A stretch of 63,991 nt of DNA, counting the filler, from Ionaspis alba (taxonomy: Eukaryota): NCBI GenBank assembly GCA_964255285.1. It is 13 parts of 13 records of this genome, joined end to end, with 100 filler letters (N's around TTAATTAATTAA, not from the genome) between each part and the next. Parts side by side here need not be neighbours in the genome. Positions count along the whole stretch, not along the records: positions 10,212 to 15,215 come from CAXUUL010001049.1; positions 15,316 to 20,317 come from CAXUUL010001050.1; positions 20,418 to 25,416 come from CAXUUL010001051.1; 10 more parts are not named here. One strand, written 5' to 3'. The notes under the pieces were generated by a model. It was not told the origin of the DNA and searched no databases. It was given only the letters and a program-made list of their open reading frames with translations. A program made the translations under genes and the position numbers. Shown piece after piece: positions 12,022-24,418 of this stretch (the first letter of the stretch is position 1; every line of letters begins with the position of its first letter).

Positions 12022-13995
12022 TCACTCTAATGCCAATCGTTTAGCATGTTCGGCCAATTCGCTGCTGCACAGTCTACATTTTTGCCAAAGTGCGGATTCA
12101 GACAAGTGTTTGGAGCGAGACTCGCAAGGCGGTAGAGGAGGGGTGCCTGCAAAGGCCTCAGACGGCTCTGGCAATTCGAGGTCCTGCACCTTCATAGTTG
12201 AGCCGAACTTTTGCTGCTGCTTCTTGCTCTTGACCTTGTTGGAGACCCCCCAGAAGCCCCCTCCATTGAGATCATCTTTGACAATCTCAGACACAGTTTC
12301 CTCGAGCGCGGGGGCGGGCTCCGAGTTTAGATCCGCAACTTTGCAGTCTTGCACCTTAGTACTCGTATCTTTCTTCTTTTCGCTGCCCTTGGCCTTCTTC
12401 GACATTCCCCATGATCCCGAATCATCAGCCTCATCGTTGACACTCTGCCCCACAGGTGCCTCAGCGGACGGTGACGGTGGGATAGACCAGCAGTCAGGTT
12501 CGACTAGAGTTCCTTTCTTCTTTTTCTTGCCCTTGGCCTTCTTCGACATTCCCCATGATCCCGAATCATCAGCCTCATCGTTGACACTCTGCCCCACAGG
12601 TGCCTCAGCGGACGGTGACGGTGGGATAGACCAGCAGTCAGGTTCGACTGGAGGTGATGGAAAAGCGACAGGTTCATCAAGCGGAGGCGATGGACAGGCG
12701 ATAGTTTCCTTAATTGGTTTGAGCATACTGCTTAATTGAGCATAGCTGAAAGGACTACGCTTTTTCGTGCTCGGGGTTTTGAATATGCTCGCAGAGTCTC
12801 TCTCGACATCATCGTTTTGCTTCAGATCGGCAATCTCGACCTGCTCTTCATTTGGCGGTGTTACTGATTGGGATAGAGTCTCTACCTCCAGTTCACGAGG
12901 ATCAAGCGTATCCATGGTCACGTTGAGAGTGGAGATTGCTAGAGTATCCTTTTTGGCGTCTGGCATGTGCTCTGGACCAGGAGCATCAGATACAGAAACG
13001 GGAGTTTCCTCCGATGGTATAGTCATGTCGGTACTTCTAGCGCATCCAGTTGTGTAGAACTCGACGACAAATTTGAACAAATCCGCAGCAAAGGGGCCAC
13101 AATTATTGTAGAAAATATCGACGATCCATGGTTGTTCCGCGAGATCTTTCGTCTCCGCCAAGGCTCGAAGAGTCTCTTTGCGGAACCGATCTCTGAAAAA
13201 CCCATCGTTTGGGGGGAGGGAAGGATACACGTGTCGGGTAATGCCCATAAAGGAACGAAATGGTAGAGAGCCACATGCCTCCATCTTAGCTATAGCCATT
13301 CCTGTCAGGTCAGGCAGTTCAAGTTGGCCAGCAAGGCAATAGAGCTCTGCATGAGTTCCGAACTCGAAAAGACGCTGGACATCATTCATATCTTCCAATG
13401 CCATGTGTGTACAGGCACTCTTATAAGTACCCTGGTAGAGAAATTGGAGGAGAAGGTCGAAGTAACGTGCGGATACGTGATGGAACAAATCATTGACGTC
13501 GCTCACGCATCTGTTCCATGCCTTTTCTATAACGGCAGACTTGAACAGAATGGCTTTGTGCACCTGGAACGAGGTTGAATGAGGACCAACACGGACCTCG
13601 ATAACATGAGACGTATAGCCACTGATCACATAGAGATGTTATCATATTGCCAAAAATACAGAGTCATCAACGAGCATAGTAAGACTTACGATTCTGAATT
13701 GTCCCAATTGTCTTCGTGCAACGACGAGTTCCAACCAGGCCAGCCGTCGTCCGTCAGCGATGCTTCCGGGGTATCTAATACTTATCAACATGTTTCAAAG
13801 CTCCTAGGAAAGGTCACCTCTACCAGGTCCGCCATCTTCACTAGAGTTGACTTGAGCACTGGCACGTGCAACACTCTTCTCTCTACCAACCCACTCTTCT
13901 GCTCCTTTTTCAGAGAGTCGATAGTTTTCTTGCTGATTAGCTTCCCCTTTCTCCAAGTATGTGCCCCAGGACGAATTGTTTTTCTTCCAGCCCAT
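12022..13995 (-). CDS. BTB/POZ-domain protein with long disordered C-terminus
   Basis: IEVRVG..FQVHKAIL..FDLLLQFLYQGTY..HAELYCLAGQLELPDL fungal BTB signature; GTAAGT intron ~13623-13689; start at 13995 is inferred from a further putative intron. Confidence 0.82.
12384..12649. repeat. Intragenic tandem duplication: two identical 122-nt copies (12384-12505, 12528-12649), period 144 nt
   Basis: Direct comparison; duplicated peptide VEPDCWSIPPSPSAEAPVGQSVNDEADDSGSWGMSKKAKG. Confidence 0.95.
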
Positions 13996-14604
13996 GACTG
14001 GAGGAGAGCTTTGGAAATCCGATAGCCAGAGTACAAGTCAAAAGATCAGGTTGCAAAGCAGTTCGAAACACAGTAGCGATAGCTGGTGAGCGAAGCTTGC
14101 TCAGAGGAAAGAAAAAGTAGGCAAGGCTACGTGGTGGGGTGAGTTGTTTGTGATCATGCTGTGCCATCATGTAGGTAACCATAACACTACTGGCCAATGA
14201 GATGGCTATCTGGAAGGGATCTCGACTGCAAGAATTTGATCCAATCAAAGACTTTTGATAGTCCCCAACCGTCGCAGAGAGAGTCTTGGTGGCAGGCGCG
14301 CTCCTTTCCTCTCCGGACCAATGTGGTATGGAGCAGGGTAGCAATTTTGTGATTCTGCCCCAGCTCATCCTATTCCTGGAATTCAAGCGGCAGCATAAAT
14401 ATTGTATAAATATTGCATAAATCCCCGAAACCCTTATATCCGAACCCTGGACCTCGGCAGTTTCACATAGTGCCTCTACAGGAGCTCATGATTTCCCGCT
14501 TTCTCATATTCTTATTGCTACGTGCCAAACACAGATATATAATAAATCGATGTCCTGAACTCAATTGACTCTGCTCCGCGAATTGGCTTTCCACCATCCA
14601 AACA

Positions 14605-15215
14605 ATGCCCGGCCCAACCTTGGTACGACCACCGCCCATCGACCCCTCCCGATCCGCCATCGAAAACGTCCTCGAACTCACAGCTCTGACCGATATTGGT
14701 CCCGTAAGCACTCTCCTCTTCCTCCTCTCTATGTGCACCTCCAATTGACCTCCTTCAGGACATCTACACCAACACCCGCCCCCTATGGCACCCCCCCGGC
14801 GCCCGCGGCATCTACGGCGGCGCCGCCATCGCGCAATCCCTCGCCGCAGCCCAACGGACCATCCCCCCTCCCTCTCCCTCCAACAACCACACCGTCTTCC
14901 TCATCCACAGCATGCACTGCTACTTCGTTCTCGCCGGCGACTCGGAGATCCCCGTTCTCTACCACGTCGAGCGTGTGCGGGAGGGCAAGAGCTTCATGAC
15001 GCGTACGGTGCAGGCGCGACAGAGGGGGAAGTGTATTTTTACCACGACGGCTAGTTTTGTGCGGGAGGGAAGTGGCGGTAGGGAGACGGTGGGGCATGAG
15101 TGGGAGATGCCGGAGGGAATGCTCGAGGCGCTGGAGAAGGGGGAGGGGTTGGACGGGGGGGAAAAGGAGAGGATGGAGAAGGCGAGCAATGGCGAGGATG
15201 GGAATGGGCCGTTTG
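14605..15215 (+). CDS. Acyl-CoA thioesterase II (TesB/TES1-like), 5' part
   Basis: IENVLEL, intron ~14704-14758, TNTRPLWHPPGARGIYGGAAIAQSL, HSMHCYFVLAGD, VERVREGKSFMTRTVQARQ. Confidence 0.93.
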
Positions 15216-15665
15216 NNNNNNNNNNNNNNNNNNNNNNNNNNNNNNNNNNNNNNNNNNNNTTAATTAATTAANNNNNNNNNNNNNNNNNNNNNNNNNNNNN
15301 NNNNNNNNNNNNNNNAGGTCTTATATAATGGATGTAGGTAAGGTGACTGAGCGGGGATGGTGAAGAAAAGAGTAGTCACATAAGATTCATTCATATTGAG
15401 GGCCATGAGACTGAACGATGAATCACGGAAGATCAAAATTCAGCACTGAACGCATTACCATGTGTTGAGCACAAGATAATCATGCAAAAGTGAAAATTTC
15501 AGGACGGTCGAGCTTGAAGAACATTTCACTATCAGAGACTGGACATGAACTGGCATTGTCAAAAATACAGAGAGTGTTAATGGTTAACGGGAGTGAAATT
15601 CTGTATTGCTAGATAGAAAAGGTTCTCGCTTGGAGTATTCGTTATTGGGTAAGTAGAACCATATT

Positions 15666-16322
15666 TCATACAATGAAATAACCCGTCCTCCGCGCCTGTA
15701 GAGCAGGAACAAGATGTTCCCAATCCCCATCGTCGATGTACACCTCATTGTCCGCGATCTCACCAGTCTGAATCTTCTGTATTCGTGTTTTCTCCTTGGC
15801 CTCCTGCCTCTCCGCGGTGTCATGCGCTGCCGTGATAACTCTCAATATGTTCCTCAGCTGGTCGCCGTTGAAGCCTAACCGATACCGCTCTCCCGTTAAC
15901 CATAGACTCCTATCAATGTCTAGTTCCCCGTCCTCCCAGTCCTTTCTTGCTGCTGACGATTTAAACCAAGAATGGAGCGCACGATCCCCTTTTCCTCTCT
16001 TGAGGTCCTTGAGTAATGACTTCCGTTTGCGAGAGGACTCATACCTTTTGGGCAACAGGAAGTCCAGGATTACTTCCTTGGTGTCGTCTTTGTCGACGAA
16101 GTCAAAGACTGCATGACACAAGGCATCGGAAATGCCGAAGTCAGAAATCAAGGTGCTTTTGATTTTGGATTGATTCCACTCTTCCAACTGCGCCAGCACG
16201 TAGAAGACCACCGCGTGTGATGAGCGTGGGAGTCTGGATGAAGATGACATATTGGAAACTTTACGGAGCTGTCCTTGAGAAATGAGCGTCAGGCACGCAA
16301 AGAGATGGTGCTGATAGGACAT
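15666..16322 (-). CDS. Hypothetical protein, array member A (start 16322 or 16250)
   Basis: 218-aa uninterrupted ORF; FYVLAQLEEWNQSKIKSTLISDFG loosely resembles the motif shared by its neighbours. Confidence 0.6.
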   Translation of the reverse strand: MSYQHHLFACLTLISQGQLRKVSNMSSSSRLPRSSHAVVFYVLAQLEEWNQSKIKSTLISDFGISDALCHAVFDFVDKDDTKEVILDFLLPKRYESSRKRKSLLKDLKRGKGDRALHSWFKSSAARKDWEDGELDIDRSLWLTGERYRLGFNGDQLRNILRVITAAHDTAERQEAKEKTRIQKIQTGEIADNEVYIDDGDWEHLVPALQARRTGYFIV

Positions 16323-16719
16323 TTATCCCAGGGCTCTGATAATGAACAATACATTTGGCAGGCCTAAGCAGATAAGGTAACAAAGTAGACATCCAGAATA
16401 GGTAAGAAATTTTCTTTCTTTTGAGCAACAAAGCTTGGAGGCTTCATAGCTGCTGCTTTGTATGAATACAATGCATCCAAGGAAACAAAGAGCAGCAGAC
16501 ATGAATGTCATATCGGAAGTGGAACACACATGTTGTGCAGCCAACTGTTAGGTTAGCATGCAGCGTAGTTCAAAGTTGCATTTTCGCCAAATGACAATCA
16601 CGAATTGCATCACGCTCACTCAAATTCCATAATGAATCCTTCCCCACAAGTCTGCATTCTTTCTCTGCCTTTGCAATATGTCGAACTTCTCCCCTTAGAG
16701 AGTGACACCATAATTCACA

Positions 16720-17454
16720 TCAAGCCACCAGCTCCAGGCGCTCAAAGACTATCGTAGAATTAATGCACCAAAAGGCCATTTGGGGATCACGTGGTGTTAG
16801 TGTTCTGCCTTTAAAACGTGAGTTAGCAACCCAAATCGGTGACGTCGCCGAGTCGGTGTTAATAACCCCTAACCTCTTTCCAGCCCCATCCATTCTCTTC
16901 CTAACATATTCCATCTTTCCCTCCCACCTTCTTAAGTACTCCGTTGTCTTCTCAGCCACAGATTCTTCTGCTGTCAACCGCCATTGTAATTCAAACCGTG
17001 GATTAACACGCTTCTTTAGATCAAGCCCGTTCCACAAACGCAGCATATGATTTCGGCGATCGTCGTCGGACCAGGCTCTGAGTGGTGCCTCGAATGCGGC
17101 GGGCACTGGCCGGCTTGCGTATAGGCCTTTCAGGTCCCAGATCCAGGCCTTCGGCACTTGGAAGTTCGCATTCGATGAGATACTCGATTGTATGCGGCAC
17201 CAGCTCCAACACTCGGTTCGGGCACAGTAGGCGAATTCTAGGGCACGGCAGATGTGGAAGTTCAGGTAAGGTGAAAGATTAGTTGGTATCATGGGAGGAG
17301 CCTGAAACGAAGCCATAGTATCCAATGGCTGGAGGGAAGCTGGACTCGGCGATTGATTGAAGGTGAGTTCAAGTGTTCTGGCTGCGTAATCCTCGGTGAT
17401 AATGCTTGACGGCTCAAACTTGTTCGTTTGCGGTATTCGTCTCGAGGCTTCCAT
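16720..17454 (-). CDS. Hypothetical protein, array member B (start 17454 or 17316)
   Basis: 244-aa ORF; TATA-like AT tract ~17533-17550 upstream; LEFAYCARTECWSWCRIQSSI motif. Confidence 0.6.
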   Translation of the reverse strand: MEASRRIPQTNKFEPSSIITEDYAARTLELTFNQSPSPASLQPLDTMASFQAPPMIPTNLSPYLNFHICRALEFAYCARTECWSWCRIQSSISSNANFQVPKAWIWDLKGLYASRPVPAAFEAPLRAWSDDDRRNHMLRLWNGLDLKKRVNPRFELQWRLTAEESVAEKTTEYLRRWEGKMEYVRKRMDGAGKRLGVINTDSATSPIWVANSRFKGRTLTPRDPQMAFWCINSTIVFERLELVA

Positions 17455-17915
17455 TTATTTAAAAGCTGTCTTGGTCATGCTATTAGTTTGAATGATTGTG
17501 TAGATCACTCTGGGTAAGAAAACTGGTCGAGCCTTTATATGAACTTATAAGTTGTTGATAGACAGGTAGCTCCCTATGATGTTAGTGAAAACCGACCAGG
17601 ATTCTATCTTCACGAGCCTAGTCATCTTTCTATTGGAAGGAGATGTAGAGATGTGTCCACAAAGAAGTCAGAATCTGATTCACGATCTTTGTCATAAGGT
17701 TGACTTTGCGGATATCAAGTACGACCGGAGGTCTATGAATGAACCGTCGAACAGAAGCTTCACGCCATGAATCAACAGTCTTGCTCCCAGATACGTGCCA
17801 GCTCCTACAAGAGTAATCAGTTCACATACTCTTCACAGAACAAGGACTGAGGGCCAATGTACAAACTGTAGCTGTATGCTAAGCTAGAGCCAGCAGGCTG
17901 ACCTTCACTAATCGT

Positions 17916-18302
17916 TTAAGACAACGACGCCTTTGCATTGACTCGTCGTCTCCACTCTATCAACTTCTGCTCGAAATCCTCCTGGCTGAAACCTTCATTC
18001 CCCATCGCAGCCCACACGTAGTCCAAGTCTTTGATTCTTTCTGACTCCGTATTTAGCCATTTGCCGTACGAAGCAGTATAGTGATTGCAGTCAAGGTCTT
18101 CTCGCACTATGCGCTCGATTTCAGCCCATGATTTGCCAGCCCGTCGTGCGATAGTGGTGAGAGAGAAATAGGTGCCACGTCGACAGGCTGGGATGGGATC
18201 GTGGATAGGATCGTCGCAGAAGGTGTCGGGTGGTACATAGGCTGGGAGTTCCTCGTCCTTGGTATCGAGCTGGGTAGGTGGATAACTAGATTTGAGAGAC
18301 AT
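17916..18302 (-). CDS. Hypothetical small protein, array member C
   Basis: 128 aa; clear paralog of 18836-19234; TATAAA upstream on the minus strand (~18377-18382). Confidence 0.8.
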   Translation of the reverse strand: MSLKSSYPPTQLDTKDEELPAYVPPDTFCDDPIHDPIPACRRGTYFSLTTIARRAGKSWAEIERIVREDLDCNHYTASYGKWLNTESERIKDLDYVWAAMGNEGFSQEDFEQKLIEWRRRVNAKASLS

Positions 18303-18835
18303 GACGGATGATTTGCAGATGCTGACACTGGGGGTCGTTGAGCTGGTCGGTAACAGTTACGTACCTGGTTGCTAACTTTATAAGCTCTGTTGGTGTTGAG
18401 TAAACTGCGGGATGGTGAAGGGCTTTCCGAGTACAGACCATCCTTGGAGTGCATGGTACATTGTTAGTGTATCAAGAAGGGTCAAATGAATTAGAAATTC
18501 CACAGGATGGCAATGCGACGTTCACTTAGAGTGAAGGAAAAGCTTGGGTATCAGATAGAGACTACTGGATACTGAAAGCCATCTCACGAAAAGCATGACG
18601 CATGCACTGGACCACAAGGCGCAAACACTCGAAGACACAGAAGACACGTGAATACATGATGAAGAGAGACTCAGGGTATACAATACAATCCCAGATAGAG
18701 ATCACTAATCACACAAATACATAAGTATCCTAGCAAATAGTTCTCAAATAACCTTGGCTGACCTGACGGCCATAGTTGTCTTGTCTTCATAGTTCATGGC
18801 CTCACCCTGTATGTCTCAGTATTGTCACTCAACCA

Positions 18836-19234
18836 CTAACTGATCTTCGCATTCGGGTTTATGCAAAGTCTCCAGATCAGTAGCTTGGTAAGAGGCGTGT
18901 GATAACCATCAATTCCAATCTCGACTTTCGCTTGCGAATACGACGAATCACCGTAAACGACAGCGTCAAAGTTCCGCCAGCGTCCGTAAGAGGCCGTATA
19001 ATGAGGGCAACCTAGGTCTTCGCGGATGATGCGTTCAATCTGCGCCCAGGACTTCCCAGCTTCTCGCGCTAGGATTGTCAAAGAGAAGTAATGAATTTCC
19101 TGTTCTAAAGGTATAGGATGATGGGCCAGGTCCATGCAATCAGGTTGGGGAAGGTAGGTGGGAAGATCATCGTCTGATAGGTTGGGGTCGTTGGGTGGTG
19201 GTGGGGAGAGTAATCTGTAACTCATTGCATCCAT
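18836..19234 (-). CDS. Hypothetical small protein, array member D
   Basis: 132 aa; shares LPxY..HxPIP..YFSLT..ARxAGKSWAxIERIxREDLxCxHYTASYGxW with member C. Confidence 0.8.
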   Translation of the reverse strand: MDAMSYRLLSPPPPNDPNLSDDDLPTYLPQPDCMDLAHHPIPLEQEIHYFSLTILAREAGKSWAQIERIIREDLGCPHYTASYGRWRNFDAVVYGDSSYSQAKVEIGIDGYHTPLTKLLIWRLCINPNAKIS

Positions 19235-19484
19235 GATAGCCAGGTCTATCGAGTACTCAGAGCAATGGTTGTTAATCGCAGACAGTGTGCCAAAATCATT
19301 GGAAATTGAAATGGGCAGATATATCGGAAGCCAATGAACAAACCCTTTTTCTCACAAACCACAGAAGATAGATTTAGACAGAGCATTCCTCCAGAAGGGA
19401 ACATCACGAAGAACAAGAGGACTGACTGAGCGGACTCTGCCGTGAACTAAACAACGACAAAGTAGGAGCTTCCACACAAAGAGA

Positions 19485-19880
19485 CTAGTTCTTTATTTTC
19501 GCCGTTTTGGGTAGTAATTTTGCGTGAACGTTGGCCGCCAATAATCGTTTCGTGAACTCAGCCCCAGCCTGCTGTCTACTGAGTTCTTCAGCTCCTCCAC
19601 ACCAAGCCACGAAATCTGGTCTCTTCAGCCTCAGTTCGGCCTCGAAGGCTTGTTGGCCGGCATCGTTTTTGTAATGTGTACACCCAAAGTCGCGCTGGAT
19701 ATACGTTTGAAGACTGTCCCAGCTTGTTTCGATCTTTCTGCCTAGAATAATGAATTGGAGCACATCGGCGCGTTTAGAAGGGGGTATCATGTCTTTATGA
19801 GGGTCAGGCAATTCGTTGCGAGAGTCGGAAGAGCCAGACGATCTGATTCTGTCGATTAACTTGGATAAGCCCATGGTCAC
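19485..19880 (-). CDS. Hypothetical small protein, array member E
   Basis: 131 aa; IP..FIILGRKIETSWDSLQTYIQRDFGCTHY..NVHAK aligns with C and D. Confidence 0.72.
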   Translation of the reverse strand: MTMGLSKLIDRIRSSGSSDSRNELPDPHKDMIPPSKRADVLQFIILGRKIETSWDSLQTYIQRDFGCTHYKNDAGQQAFEAELRLKRPDFVAWCGGAEELSRQQAGAEFTKRLLAANVHAKLLPKTAKIKN

Positions 19881-20417
19881 CGAGAGGACATGCGCAGTAT
19901 TCCGGGGTTTGCTTGAACTCCGATGTCGTTTATCACAATAAGGCAGGGTCCCGGAGCTTTAGAAGTAATGCATACACAGTTACGTGAGTGGACAAAGCCC
20001 ACACTCTGAGCACGAAAGCCCGGTTTCATATTCAAAGAAATTGTTTGACAAAGAATGTCTAAGTGAAGGATAGCATCATGATTAGCAATAGTAGTGTTCA
20101 CAAAGGTGACTAAGAGTGGATTTACAGTATACTCATATAATGAGATAAGAAGACGGGTAATACAAAGATGATTTAGTGGGCAACAGTTGGATATGAAACT
20201 GAACAAGAACGGAGAGGAGCTAGGTCTATGGGACATGCCTCTCAGCAGATATGGTCTCCATCGTAGATCGTAACAATACAGCTTCGGGCATTGCCAATGA
20301 AATACTGAAAAGCAAAANNNNNNNNNNNNNNNNNNNNNNNNNNNNNNNNNNNNNNNNNNNNTTAATTAATTAANNNNNNNNNNNNNNNNNNNNNNNNNNN
20401 NNNNNNNNNNNNNNNNN

Positions 20418-21831
20418 AAACCATTTATGCCACAACTAGGACTCCCTCCAAGCCTTCTCCAGCTCCATAGCCGGCCTCCTCTCCTCCCGCGCCGTCCTCC
20501 AAGGTACCTCCCATCCCCCTCACACTCCCTTTTCCGCTCCCTCTCCCACCAATTAATTCCCCGCCTCCTAACATTCTACCACCTAGGCGTCGGCGTCGGC
20601 GACCCCACCACAACCCCCACCACGGCGCTCCTCCTCACCATCCTCCAAGAATCCCTCGGCCGCATCGGCACCATTCTCTTTGCCCACAAACTCGGCACAG
20701 CCCTCGAACCCGAGTGCAAGATGTACCGACTCTTGGCCGACATCTTCAACGATGCGGCGATGGTGCTGGAGTGCTTTTCGCCGGTATTGCCGAGGCCGCT
20801 GAGGGTGGGGCTGTTAAGTGCGGCGAGTGTGTTGAGGGCGCTTTGTGGGGTTGCGGCGGGGAGTGCGAAAGCGAGTTTGAGTGGACATTTTGCGAGAGGG
20901 GGAAATTTGGGAGAGGTTAATGCTGTGAGTGTGCTTTGTGGGATTAGGGAGAGAGAGGGGGGAAAGGGGTGGGGATGGTTTGAGGGAGGGATGGCTGATG
21001 GGTTGGTAGAAGGATTCGAGTCAGGAGACGGTGATTTCGTTGATGGGAATGTTGGTGAGTGACTTGCAATGATGTGTGCTGCGGATTTGACTGCTCATGG
21101 ATAGGCAGGCTGGCAGTGTTGTTGTGTCCCGTGTGTCTTCTCCCATGGCGACTTGGTCGTGTCTCATTTTGCTGCTTTCAATCCATTTGGCGATGAATCA
21201 TGCGGCTGTGAGAGCGGTAAGAATGCATACGCTAAATCGGCAACGGGCGAATATTGTTTTCTCCACTATGCTCGAGGACGGGAAGGTGCTTAATCCGGAA
21301 GAGGTATCTTTAAGAGAACGCATCTTCGAACGGGATGGAGTTTTGCGCTGGAAAGGGGGCGAGGTCATCGCAAGAGCGAAAATTGGTGTATCCTTCCAAA
21401 CCCTGGTCACCTCGATAGGTCAAAGTCACGGCACAACAGGCTCAATCCGTGAAGCTTCGGTAGACTTGGAGCAACTGGTCGACGCATACCGGCTCGAGGA
21501 GTACATATTGTGGTATGATACCTCGCGCCAAGTCGTCCTCATAGTCCTAAAAGAAGGCGTGACGGCAATCGCGCAGCTTAAAGCCTGGTGCCATGCTCTC
21601 TGGCTTGTCCACGGCCGGACTACCGGCAAGGCTATTGGCGGCGAAGCCAGCAACCAAGCCATGCAGCAGCAGCAGCTATCGATAAGCACGCTCGGAGAAT
21701 TGTCGAGACGGTGGCCCAATGACGTTAAGTCCCTGCGAGCTGCTGGATGGGATCTGGAGATTGCGAGCCTGGAGACGGCAGAGTCGACTCGCATCCGCAT
21801 GCAGGCGGGCTCCACTTCTGCAGGTGCTTGA
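20418..21831 (+). CDS. RUS1 family (DUF647) protein, 5' truncated, multi-exon
   Basis: DSLQAFSSSIAGLLSSRAVLQG, GVGVGD, EPECKMYRLLADIFND, AKASLSGHFA..NLGEVNA/KDSSQETVISL, LNRQRANI. Confidence 0.92.
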
Positions 21832-24418
21832 CGGCAATGAGTAGCTTCTTTTGGTGCTGCTGCTGGTCACGGTGCTGGAAGGCGACGGAAGCGGCTGCCC
21901 GTGCTGGTTTTTCTGCGGATGCGCACAGGAGATCGAATCATGAGACTGCTCTTTCTTGACCGCTTCGATGAGTTAGGCATCACCTTGATGTGATCCTTGC
22001 CCCGAGAAGAGTAAGTCTCGGACATAGCAGCCCGATACGACCGAAAGGGCTTGCATCGGGGCTGTTTCTATGATCTCGATTGCAAAAGCCACGATTCTAC
22101 GGACTAAGGTAAAGGCGGGTGAGAAAGAGGGTATCAAAGAAGCATAACAGTAAGCGTCGAGAAGCGGGTAGGGAAATGAGCACGGCAAGGTACCTACGGC
22201 TCATATGCTGCCTTCCAAGACTGGGGTTATAAGCGCAGCTGTTAGAATGGAGGAAAGACGAACATTAGTGCGGGATGTGGCATGATGTGATAGCCGCAAT
22301 AAGTAATGTAATGGAAGCCTACATGGAAGGTTCTGTCGGCGCATTTCCAATGCTTCTGCATTGCTTCGGTTGCATAAGCAATGTATGTTTGGACAAGGCA
22401 ACAGCGTCGTTTTGTTTGTTGCATCTTCTGCGGCCTGCACGGCCTACGACGTCACGCCCTGTCTTGCATCTGTTTCTTTGTCCTATAATTATTTGAATCA
22501 GAGAAGATCGTCAAGAAGCATTATCTGCCGACATCTGAATCATGTTGCACGGCATAGTAGATGGTTTTTGTGTCACATAAACAAACAAGCAATCAATAAT
22601 AGTGGGTCAGCTGTAGGTGACCCGTGTGATGAGTTAGTTGCAAGAATTTCGTCGGCTCTTACATGAAGTATAGTATCGGATGATGATGAGTTGCTGGCCT
22701 AAGAGAAAGGCTAATCCAGCGGGACAAGAAATGAAAAGAGGTGGATAGCCGTCCAGCCAATAGCGGAGATTCAGTAAGCAACAGGCTGCATATGGAGTAG
22801 GCCGTATATAGTTCAATAACACCGGCAATCCTTGTCGGTCATCCTGCCCTATTAGCAAATATGGATCCTAACGATACCACAGAACAAAGCCAGCAATCAG
22901 GTGTGGAGCATTGAAACCCGCTGTTACTGGCCCTGGCCCTGTCAGTCTTTTGCCTCCATTCCAAATTTACCATTCCAAGCGTAAGCATGCATTATCACCG
23001 AATATCCCCAGCTGAAACAGTCGGGACAAAGAGAAGTTGTTATTGTGGACAGAGAACAGAGAGTAGCATGTCGGAATGGAAAAGAGAAGGTACAGACCAA
23101 TCACGAATGCACGTAAGCAAAGTAGTAGCAAATAAGAAGAAGAATAATCATGATAATAATACCAATCAATAGTTTGGTAATAAGAATAAGAAGAGAAAAA
23201 GGCAAAGTTTAGTTCGTTGCTTCGTCATCATCATCCGATCGGCAGATTGCTCATCATCATCATCATCCTTCTTTTTGCCTTCTCCTTCCACCCCTAATTC
23301 TGCCTAATTCTTCCATTCGACCTTCTAGAAAATCTAGAAAGTCCGACGGAACAACTGCGGAACGACTGGAGAACACTTAGCGCTTCCGTGCCAGGCCGTG
23401 ATTGGTTTAGCTTGTCCACATTCCCACTAGCCCGAGCCCTGCGCCTTTTGCTGCAGGCGATTCCTTCCCTTTCCCTTCTACCATCCTTCTGTTGCTGCTG
23501 CTGCCCCAAGCACCAACGACCCACTACAGAACTATAACCCTTCCTTCCATCATCACGGTCCTTCTGGTAACAACGTGGGATAGCGGCAAAAGAGATTGGG
23601 CTTATATTGTCAGTCCATATTTTTGACTATATATCTATCCGCCATATTCCCTGGGTTTTGGTCGAATCAACGGCTTTTTCTCCCAGGCTTCCATCCTTTG
23701 GAAGGATCTCAATGACGGTTGGACCGTTTGTCGCATACTTCACTTTCTCCACTATTACATCAACGGAACGAATAACCTTACCACAAAACTATCTTATCTT
23801 TCGGACCAAGACCCTACAAGCAACCACTCATATAGTACTGGTCGCTCCTTCCAACGTTGTTCTCCGAGAAAAAAAAGTATACAACACAAACGCTCTCCTG
23901 TTGCATCTCGCACCCTCTATTCCTTCCAAAGCACCATATTCACCAGTGACGTCTTGAAGCCAGAGAAAAGTCCGGTCGGGAAAATTGTCTCGCTGCCTCG
24001 CACAAACACGAAACCAAGCTGAACGGCGGCTTCTGACACATCTCGGCTACTCACTGAGTTTGATCGAGTGCGGCGTGGACAAGCTACTCAATCTGTTGTG
24101 CAAACGGTCTCGAAATACGTGACCACCCGGATCTTCGACCTCCGGTCTTGCCTTCTCGGTCTCTCGCACGGCAGGCAGGCATTTAGCCAGCGTCGGTACA
24201 TCAAGCTACCTCCTACTCCTCCTCCTTCTCTTCTCCCTCCTCCAAACATCCCACAACAATCCAGCAACCTCGCATCCACGAGGTCCTCCACCGCCATCGT
24301 GGCTCACCTGGTCCAACTCGACCCCATAATCTACCACACCACCTTCCACGACTGCCACACCTCCGCGCGCACCTCAAGTCGCGGCTGGAAGGGACTAGAC
24401 ATACCCTGGTCCCCCGCA

